NCBI GenBank assembly: GCA_020536535.1
Contig: JAHLWZ010000969.1
Span: 1-35,728 of the forward strand
Source of the DNA: Pelomyxa schiedti
Taxonomy: Eukaryota > Protista > Evosea
Direction of reading: 5' to 3'
DNA length: 35,728 bases
The notes under the pieces are model-generated. The model saw only the letters and a program-made list of their open reading frames with translations. It did not search any database and was not told the origin of the DNA. Positions 1-9,797 of this stretch are shown here, one piece after another. The position numbers and the translations under genes are program-made. The stretch's first letter is position 1, and the number at the start of each line of letters is the position of its first letter.

Positions 1-1123
1 AGGAAGGGTGGGCTGACGTAGTCGTCACAGCAACCCCACAACAAGAGCCACCCACATCCATGGACATCACTCACACACTGGCAAACGCTGGTGGATTTGA
101 AGAAGTTGAGTTCAGGGTTGCTGCACTGAATGGACCTTCAGCAGTCAGCCCATGGTCCAATGTTGCTCTGTTCAAATGTGTGTGTCCCTCCCCCCACTGC
201 ACACCAATAAAAAAACATTCCAGGTGAGCCACCAGGTTACCTCCACTTCACAACATTTCCCATGCTGGACTGGTCACCACCTTCACCATCACCACAAGAA
301 CCACAGTCACAACAGGGTGGAGAATTCTGCAAACCACAGGGGTACGTTGTGCAGAGGAAGCCACACAACGCACAACCTGAATCAGAATGGCAAGAAGTGT
401 GCCGTGGAACACAGACATCGTGTGACGTCACTGCCGTTGGATCGCCACCAATCAAGCACTATTTTTGTGGTGACAATACCTATGACTTCAGGGTTGGGTC
501 ACTGTGTGCTGGTGTGGTCATGTCAACCACTTGGAAGTTGATCCAGAACATAATCACTGGTGTGTATTTTTTCTTGTTCAACTCCCACCGACCAACACAC
601 ACACACAGGCACATTCACGTGGGACCCCTCATTGTGCTATCAAACCAACCTGAGTGACAACAACCACATTGCAACTGGTTCTAGTGCCACAACAGTGTGG
701 ACGAGCCAGTGCGTCACAACTGGCTCCGTGGCAGTTGCACGAATCACACTCATCACAAGGAGCACCGGCTGCAGTACCCCATGCATCGGGGTGGTTGGCC
801 CTGCAATCACGTCCAACCAGCCAACACCACCATCAGGCTCCATCTACGACAATGAGGGCTTCTGGGGCTTCAATCTGGGCAACAGGGACCACACGTGGCA
901 CAACGGGAAGCAACAGCCCATCGGTGACAACAGGAACGGGTACGACAACACACCAGATGGGACTGTGATCACAGTGACAGTGGACATGACACACCCTGGT
1001 GGTGGTGGGACGATGAGTGTGAGGGTCGGTGACTGCGACAGAGGAGTGTGTTGCACTGGCCTCCCATCACCCCTCAGGTTCGCCTTCTCTGCCTGTTGTG
1101 ATCACGTGATCAAGATAGAGTAA
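1..1123 (+). CDS. 3' part of a FN3 + SPRY/B30.2-like protein; tandem paralog of the TRIM-like gene downstream (truncated by window start)
   Basis: FN3 strands 'EVEFRVAALNGPSAVSPWSN' and 'WQEVCRGTQTSCDV..YDFRVGS'; terminal exon 'FTWDP..GVVG..EGFWGF..GTVITVTVDM..GTMS..GLPSPLRFAFS' ending TAA at 1123. Two GTGTGT..CAG introns at about 178-224 and 560-608. Highly similar to 4537-5675. Confidence 0.8.
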
Positions 1124-1256
1124 CCTAGATGTTCTATCATTTTTACGTGAATTCTCGTAAAAAGCACGTTGCGTGGAAACTACTGCAACCAGCAGCAACG
1201 AGTTCGTTACGTCGCGGCCCGTTCGCCAACCACAGTCGACAACAACACCCATAATT

Positions 1257-4200
1257 ATGGTTGATGGTGGCGGGGACCTGGCAGCCCCTGACGTAGCAGT
1301 CGACGTGGAGTGCCCTGTGTGCCTGTGCGTCCTGGATGACCCCGTGGCCCTCTCTGTGTCCCCCCAACCCCAACCACACCCACCACCCACCGGCACCACC
1401 ACCGCATCAACAACAACAACGACGACGGCGGAATCTAATGCAGACGCCACGCCCGTCTCATCTCAACCACCACAGCCGTCTTCGTCCTCCTTCCCGTCGT
1501 TGACTCGTCGGTGCGGACACGTTTTGTGCCGACGCGACTGCGATCGGCTGTGGGCGCACTCGCGGGCCTGGGCTCGTGCCCCACTCGGCGCATCCGTGCC
1601 CGGTCACGTGCTCCAGGTGCGTGCGTGTGTGTGTGTGTGTGCGCGTGTGCGCGTGTTCCCAGTCAGTCGCACACCCACACCCCCAAAAAACAACAATCTC
1701 GACTGACCTCTGTCACACAGGCGGTGCAACAACAAAAGGAAACGACAGCGACCGAAAGCGATGCCGGCCTCAGAAGCGGCAGTGGAGTGTGTGGTGCTGC
1801 TTGCATCCTCATCAAGTGCCCTGCATGCGATGTTGAAGGATCCCGGATGTGGATGAGAATGTTGGGTCATCGTCGACTGTGGCCGCGTGTCCCGCCTTTG
1901 CCTGTTGCAAGGTAAATAAAAATGCAAGCCACTATCAAGGGCTTAACATTAATTAAACCAGGCCAGTGAACAACTGCTGCAGGAAATCAGGGCAGTTCGT
2001 GAAAAAGCAGCACCAAAATCACCCAAGTGCTGGTCTTGCAAGGATGACGCTGTGTGGAAGTGCAACTGCACTGTGCACCACCAACAACAGCAAGGAAAAA
2101 CAAAGCCATTGTTTGTGTGTGACGACTGCATTGGTTCCTCAAAAAAGAAGCACATGAAAAGGTTCAACACCACAGCGGAGTTGGTCAAAATCCCTTCTTC
2201 TCCTGCTTCCTCTGAAGGGCCTGGTTGCACTGCTTCGTCTTCTCCTTCAACAACATCTGCAACACGACCCTCTGATTTTTATCAACAATCAACGCCAGGG
2301 ATGGTGATGATGGTGAAGGACAAAGACGTTTGCTCAATCCACCACGAACCCTTGAAACACTTCTGCAGTGAATGCCAAGAACTGGCGTGCCTGGAGTGCT
2401 TGATTGATGGTATTCTTATCAAATGTGTCTCTTCCCAACACCCTCAGGTAAGCACAGAAATAAACAAACACGAACGCAACACGAGAGCCAACCAGTTGAA
2501 GAAGCAGCACTGGAAAAAGTGAAGGAGTTGCAAGCACTGTCAGAGGAGCTCACTTCAAAGTTGGAAGTTGTGAAATCCACGATTGACACAGTCCAGAGGT
2601 CTGAGGTTGTTCTCTCTGTGGTATTCAAATCCCCCTTCCTTCTTGTTCACTCGAATGTAACAAAACCATGAGAGTGCCAAACAAGCAATCTCAGAAGTGG
2701 TCAGCACACAAGAGAAAGCAGTCGAACTGATCATGAAGAAATCAGAGCAACTCATCAATCAAATCACTCTGGAATGTCTCTCAAAAGGCATGTGTGATCC
2801 ACAAATAAAACCTGACACTCTCACCAACCACAAAACCACAGGGAAAGAACTTTCAAGGCAGAAAGAACTGTTGGAGTGCCACCTTCAGACGATTGAGGAA
2901 GAGCACAAGACAATTGAGAGAGTGATTGGAATTGGAACCGGGGCACCAACGACTGGAACAACAACCGACAACCACAAGGTTGTGAGGGTGTTCCCAAGGC
3001 TCAAGTCACGGGCTCGTTGTGTTGTTGATGCTCCAATTGTGCTTGGTGAACCTTGCTTGGTTCCTTGTGTGCAGTTTGTTCCCTCCTTCGTTGATGATCT
3101 CCTTGTTCTCTGCAGTCACTTTGGTGATGTATTTTCAGGTTTGTAATTCATCTCTTGAGACTCACTGAAAATTATTATTTTCCCTCCACTCCCAGTCTCC
3201 AAGAATGACTTCAGGTGGCAGCTGGACGAGATTGACTCCCACTCAAGGTCAGTTCCACAACCAACCAAAACAGAACAGGGCAACCCTGACAACAAGAGGA
3301 ATTTAAATATCGTTACCACCAGAGTCAACACTCCACTTTCGTTTTCAGTGTCATTCCTTCATCCAAGATGCACCAGGAGCACTCTCCCTGCAAGTTCACT
3401 TGCACCTGTTTCTCCACACCACCAATCAAACAATGTCACAGCCACCAGTCCAGAAAACAGCCAACAGCAAGAGCAAATGCAGGTGTCATCAGAGATTTTC
3501 ACAGCTGCGGTTTGGGAAGATCATGAAACTGAAGGAGGAACTTCAGCATCAAAACTAACAACAACATGTGGTGGATGTGAAGTGAGTTGTTGTTGCTGTT
3601 CTGTTGGAGGAGACACGCTGCACCTTCATGAACAAGACAAGCGTGGTGGCGATAAAGAAGCAGAAGTGATGAAGAAGTGGAAGGTGAATGTTGTTCCCAA
3701 GAAGGAGGGAACATTTATGATGAACATCCTTTGTGGAAACAAGCCAATCAACACCCTCCCAATTCGATTTTCAGCTTTCAATGGTGTGTGTTTGTATTCC
3801 CACCCCCCCTTCCCCCCAGTATTTGCCTTTCTCATGTCTCAACCCAACAAACAACAAACACAAAACTGCACACAATGCACAGTTCCCAAGACACCAAGCA
3901 ACATCAGGATTGGGAGCATCACTCACGAGGGTTTCCAGTTTGCATGTGACTTTCCATCCCCAGTCAAAGACAACCACCCAGCCATTTCAGTGATTGTGGA
4001 GATTGTTCAGAACACCGATCAATGTGAAGGAGCACCAACATCAAAAGGTAAAAATTTCCCCCACCAAGAAGGATGATGATCACGTTTACCTTCTTTGTTG
4101 CAGGTAATACAGCAGCTGTTCAGTGGGAAGAAGTTTACAATGGCGTGGAAAACAGGTGCACAATTGGTGGTTCCACACAAACACACACAACAAAGGGTGT

Positions 4201-5675
4201 GGTGGCAACAAAGGTGAAAGCAGACACAGAGTACATTGTGAGGTGCTGTTTGTGTGACCACCTTGGTTGTGGTGACTGGGCCTTTGCACCTCACCCTGTC
4301 AGAACTCTTCCTGATCCCGGTTTGTGTTACACTCCCCAGTGTTTCACCATCTTTACCTTTCCCAGAACCACTTGCACCAATCAATGTGAGGATTGTGACA
4401 CAACAACAAGGACCAGCAACACCAACACTCGAGTGGACTCCAAACCCTCACGGTCCCAGGCCATCCTCGTTTGTCATCCAATCAAGGCGTATCAGCAATC
4501 ACAATCCCCACCAACAACTGGAAACACAACCCACCGAGGAAGGGTGGGCACAGGCAGGGATCACAAAATCCTCGCAACAACAAGAGCCACCCACATCCAT
4601 GGACATCACTCCAGAAATGGTAAATTCTGGTGGCTCTGGAGTCGAGTTCAGGGTTGCAGCACTCAATGGACCCTCAGCATCCAGCCCATGGTCCAACGTT
4701 GCGTTGTTCAAATGTGTGTGTCCCCCACCACCAACAACCAACACTTCTGGGCTTCTAGATCACTCAATAATCCTTTCTGACAACAACAGGTGAGCCACCA
4801 GGTGACCTTCACATCACGACGTTCCCCACGCTGGACTGGTCACCACCTTCACCACCCACACAACCACCACAGTGGTACGTTGTGCAGAGGAAGCCACACA
4901 ACGCACCACCTGAATCAGAATGGCATGAAGTGTGCCGTGGAACACAGACATCGTGTGACGTCACTGCCGTTGGATCACCACCAATCAAGTACTCTCGCTG
5001 TGGTGACAATACCTATGACTTCAGGGTTGGGTCACTGTGTGCTGGTGTGGTCATGTCAACCACTTGGAAGTTGTTGCAGAACATCACTGGTGTGCATTTT
5101 TCTTGTTCCAGTCTGCCCACTCAACTCCCACCGACCAACACACACACACAGGCACATTCACGTGGGACCCCTCATCGTGCTATAAAACCAACCTGAGTGA
5201 CAACAACCACATTGCAACTGGTGCCAGGGCTAGTGCCGCAACAGTGTGGACGAACCAGTGCGTCACAACCGGCTCCGTGGCAGTTGCACGAATCACACTC
5301 ATCAAAAGGTACACCGGCTGCAGTACCCAATGCATCGGGGTGGTTGGCCCTGCGATCACGTCCAACCAGCCCACACCACCGTCGGGCAGCATCAACAGAA
5401 GTGAGGGCTTCTGGGGCTTCAATCTGGGCAACAGGGACGACACGTGGCACAACGGGAAGAAACAGCCCAATGGTGACAACAGGAACGGGTACGACAACAC
5501 TCCCGATGGGACTGTGATCACAGTGACAGTGGACATGACACACCCTGGTGGTGGTGGTACGATGAGTGTGAGGGTGGGTGACTGCGACAGGGGCGTGTGT
5601 TGCACTGGCCTCCCATCTCCCCTCAGGTTCGCCTTCTCTACCGGCTGTTGTGATCACGTGATCAAGATAGAGTAA
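1257..5675 (+). CDS. TRIM-like E3 ligase: RING, B-box1, B-box2, coiled coil, filamin-type repeat, 3x FN3, SPRY-like; multi-exon, with a probable 1-nt frameshift near 1838
   Basis: RING 'CPVC..DDPV..CGHVLCRRDC..IKCPAC'; B-box1 'CWSC..WKCNC..VCDDC..H'; B-box2 'CSIHHEPLKHFCSECQELACLECL..H'; heptad-rich helix at 2500-2920; filamin-like 'WKVNVVPKKEGTFMMNILCGNKPINTLPIRF'; FN3 'WEEVYNG..ADTEYIVRC'; SPRY-like terminal exon. Exons join through short GT(GC)-AG introns. Confidence 0.8.
1617..1655 (+). repeat. (GT/GC)n microsatellite at the 5' end of the first intron of the TRIM-like gene
   Basis: gtgcgtgcgtgtgtgtgtgtgtgtgcgcgtgtgcgcgtg read directly. Confidence 0.8.
4537..5675 (+). repeat. Direct repeat of 1-1123 (tandem gene duplication, unit about 4.5 kb)
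   Basis: Long identical runs, e.g. gtgtgccgtggaacacagacatcgtgtgacgtcactgccgttggatc, and the same end gatcacgtgatcaagatagagtaa; similarity stops right after the stop codon. Confidence 0.95.
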
Positions 5676-5718
5676 ATTCACATTTTAGCGTTAACGCAAC
5701 AACGAAGAGAGGCGCGTG

Positions 5719-7072
5719 ATGGGTGACGTAACGCGTCCCACTAGCGATGAGGCGGTTGTGGTTGCGCCGTCTCTCGAGGCAATTGCCATAATGCCCCCGG
5801 CGCCGCCCTCCCCGGCGCCGTCGCCACCGTCGTCGCCGGACTCGCCCCCTCCCATCATCGCCCCCGTGCCCGTCGCCTACCACCCACCCCCGCCGCCGCC
5901 GTCGCGCTCCCCGCCCCAGCGGCAGCCGGAGCAACAGCAACACCAACTCCAGATCCACCCCACTCCCCCCGCGGCGGCCTCCGTAGACGGCGGAAGCAGC
6001 GGGCTGAGCGAGGAGCTCACCAACTACAACAGCAAGACCAGGTGCAGTAACCCCACGCTCTCCAAAACAGCGCGCTCCCAGGTGGTCTTTGGCACCCCCA
6101 TCAACATCGACACCACCACCTCCCTCTCCGATTCCTCGTCTTCCTCCTCGTCCTCGTCATCTTCGTCGTCCTCGTCCTCGTCCGACACGTCGCCCTCGCC
6201 GCCGTCGCTTCCCTCCGCGGGCGCGTCCACGTCGTCGTGGCACGGCGAGTGGGAGCCCGCGTCGCCGTCGCCGATGCCGCAGGTGCTCTCGGTCGGCCGC
6301 GCGTCCTCCAGCCACCCCATCAGGGCAATCGCCGACGCGTCGGGCGGCGGCGACTCCGTGACATACAAGTGGTCCGCGTCGTCCGCGTCGCTGCTCCCCG
6401 GCGGCACCGGCGCGGCGCAGCAGCAGCAGCTGGGGGGGGCGAGCCCCCTCAGCGCGGCGGCGGCGGCGGCGGTGCTGGCGTACGGCGGGGTGGGGCCGGG
6501 GGAGATGGTGTGGGACGGCAGGAGGGAGAGCGGGAGGGAGAGCGTGGCGAGCGTGGTGAGCGAGGAGGGGGACCCGCTGCTGTCCCGCACGTCGGTGCCG
6601 TCCCCGATGGACAGGCACGGCGGTTACGCCATCGACAAGGAGTCCAGGAACATGTCGCTAAACGAGAACCCCGGCCAAGTGTACGTTCCGCTGTCCATTC
6701 TCTCTCTTTTCGATTGTAATAATAATGGCAACACGGCTGTTTTTTATTTATATTGAAATATAAACGGTGTATATATATTGGCGAAATATCGTCTGAATCG
6801 AAAACTCCGTATCTTTAATCGTCTTTACATACCCCTGCAGAAGGAAAAGGAGAAGAAAAGAAGCAAGAAGGAAGAAGGCTGAAAAGCGGCTGAGAAATCT
6901 TAAACTTCTAGTTGCAGTGGTAAGTCCCTCCTCAATTATTACAGTAGTGGGCTCGTATCAAACTATGAAATAATAACATTATATTGGAACATTTAATTCC
7001 TACTAACACACGACAAAGGGAGTGATTCTGGTTTGTTGTGGTATTGTATTTGTATTAATTGGTGCCATATAG
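5719..7072 (+). CDS. Pro/Ser-rich disordered protein with a basic stretch and a C-terminal transmembrane anchor (3 exons)
   Basis: Exons 5719-6680, 6841-6919 and 7019-7072 splice in frame (gtacgt..cag; gtaagt..tactaac..aag), giving '...VRKRRRKEARRKKAEKRLRNLKLLVAVGVILVCCGIVFVLIGAI*'. The start could alternatively be ATG 5791. Confidence 0.7.
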
Positions 7073-7314
7073 AGGTCACCCTTTCCGCATTTTCCTTCTT
7101 TGGTTCTACCCCCAATTCTACAAAAGCCTTCCTCCCACGTTTCTCTTTCGTATGCAAACGAAAGTGATTCTAACCCAACTGCCCCCGCAACGCAGGGGAG
7201 TGGCGTCAATCCAAAAAACCGTTGTTTTCCCAACTTGTGTGTTCCCTGTTATGACCCTTCGTTACATCCAAGTCCCCGGTTTTTTCGGATTTTGCTTAAT
7301 TTATTCAGGGCAAG

Positions 7315-9594
7315 ATGAGCAGTGCCGCGGCGGCGACAACGGGAGAGAGCCAGACGACCGGCAACGCAGTCTCAGATACGGCGGCGTCGGTTGCGACGCC
7401 AGTGCCGCTAGGCCCCGCGACGACGACAGCGACGACATCAACCACAGCCACGGCGTCGTCCTCGTCGACTGAGCAGCACCACTACGACGCGGACGCGCAT
7501 CGCGGCGAAGAACATGCGGCGGCGGCCACGGAAGGCGAGGGAGCGGCTGCGGCGGCCACGGCCACGGCCACGGCCGGGGCGGCTGCGAGGGGGGCCAAGG
7601 AGGGAGGAGAGCGGCAGCAGCAGCAGCAGCCCCCGGCCAAGCCGGAAGAAGAAGGGACTGCGGAGGAGCAGCACGAGAACGCGGAGACCGAGGCAGCCCC
7701 GGGAGGGGAGGAGGGGGCCCAGGAAAACGACGTGACGCCGCTCCCCCTCACTGAGGTATTGTGTTGTGGTTGTATTGTATTGTTGTGGCTTTCTCTCTTT
7801 TTTTTTTTTTTTTTTTTTTTGTTTGGTTTGTTTGGGCATTGTGGCGAGGTGTGATGGATTTCTATACGAGCCCCTTGATCATACGCAAACCCCTCGCCAC
7901 AATTGCCAGACAGATAAATAAATACGTGGCGTTGTTGTAATGTTTTTTTTTATCAGGGTGAAGCACAACATGTGGAAGGCGAAGAAAACATTGAAGTTCT
8001 TCCCCTTGACATACCTCAGGAGGGTGCACCCGAGGAGCAAGGTTTTTTTTTTTTTGGTTCCCCGTTTTGATGATTCGTTTTGACCAAGTGTAGGGACTGG
8101 GGAGTACCCTGGTGACAACCAAGTAAGGAAAATAGTATTGCAGTTCCGTTAACAAAAGGACTATTAAAAGGAGCTGGCTGATCAAATGTTCCAAAATGAG
8201 TCAGAGGTGAACCAAGAGGAAGTTGAACCAGCCGAATCAAGGTGCAGTACTCTTCCAGATTATACTTTAATCTAACCTGTCAAATGCAGTGATCAATCTC
8301 GAGTAACACTTCGCTTCTCCAACATTACTGCTCACTTCATATGTAGAAAAGAAAATCTGGAAGGTCGCGAGGACACAAAAGATCCCCCAAAAAATCCAGA
8401 ACTGACTCAATGGTATTTACGTTACTTGCTTACCCTTGTCTAATTCTGTTATAGGGTGATGTTGGCGAAGGTGACTCTCCCCGTAAAGAAACCCTTGCTG
8501 ATAGAGTTTTCAAAGCGATTAAACCAACCAGACGGAGGTTTCTCTCTATTTTCTCCTGGCGCATTTCCGCTAGCAGTTACCAAGAAATAGGAAAAGTTCA
8601 GTATCAGCGGATACTGAGCAGATTGCAATAGATTTTCTTCACGAAATGAGATCTGCTGCAGCCAATGATGAAACTGCTACCCGCAACAAGACACCGGCTT
8701 TCAATAAACTCGCTTTACTGGAGCAAGTAAAGACCCAATTGGCGAAGTTCGAAAGTTTCTTCCTCTAGGTAGTTCTTAATTCTCTCAGAACTGAATTGAA
8801 AGAGCATTTTCTCAAATGTGGCGTGCTGGACCTGATTGACAGGTGGCTGGTGTGTACTTTCCTGTCATTATTCACAATGAAAAACACCTTATTTACAGGC
8901 ACCACTCCCCGATGGATCCTTGCCAAATTTAACTCTGAGAAAAGATCTTCTTGCCATTCTAGCCCAAGTTTCCAGAACACAAATTTCTTCTCAATCTCAC
9001 AGTATTTAGCTTCCCATAAAACAAGACCACTTGGTGAACTGCCAACTTGGTAAAACTATCATGAAGATGGCTCGGCACCCACATGAAACCGAGCAGAACA
9101 AAAAAGCTGCTCAGGTAACTGCCGTTGTATCGCTCTCTCTTACCTTTAAAAGCGACTGGTGGATGCCTGGCTTAGACCTATACTTGGATTGTCAACCAAC
9201 TACGCAGACTTACGTGTATATAATGCGGAGATGGCACAAAATACAGCGGCAGCACCCCAAACCACTTCCACTACTTCTACCCCTTCCCGGTCTTATGATA
9301 TTTTTGATGAGATTGACCGAGGCAAAAGGTTCCTTCCTGATAACCGCGGTTACTCCCCATCTTAACACACATTAACACTCAACACAGAGAAACTGTATCA
9401 TCGGCCCGCGCTTTCATCCCAACCAAGGATGCAATGGATTTTGTTTATTGCCCCCTCAGTGAAGCTCAACCAAACAAACAAGTAAACCCCACATACCTTC
9501 ACAAATGATCCACTAAGAGCCGCAAACACAGAGTGTTTCCCGTAAGGTACAGAGCATAGAAAGGAGTCTCCAATCACTAAAGAAGAAACGTTAG
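7315..9594 (+). CDS. IWS1: Transcription elongation factor IWS1/Spn1 (TFIIS N-terminal domain), multi-exon
   Basis: Spliced translation 'EMRSAAANDE..PAFNKLALLEQV..FLKCGVLDLIDRWL-APLPDGSLPNLTLRKDLLAILAQ-LPIKQDHLVNCQLGKTIMKMARHPHETEQNKKAAQ-RLVDAWLRPILGLSTNY..ARAFIP..MDFVYCP' follows the IWS1 core; acidic low-complexity N-terminus. Confidence 0.88.
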
Positions 9595-9797
9595 AGCATA
9601 CCTAGAATGAAGCACCCCTTCTACATTGCTCACCAATAACACATAACTACCTGTACGAAGAAAATGTTGCTTTTTGCTCAGTGAGTGAGTTTGTGGAAGG
9701 GGCTGTTCTCTTCCCTCATGACTTTTATTACCAGCCAAAGAACACAGAAAGTAGTAGGAAAGTGAGGTATTTTTAATTTCAGGCAAGAGGTTTTGCC

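Noticed and set aside
6024-6719. Several long overlapping or antisense ORFs (also at 7438-7839 and 33040-33793)
   Set aside because: Expected shadows of very GC-rich, stop-poor coding sequence.
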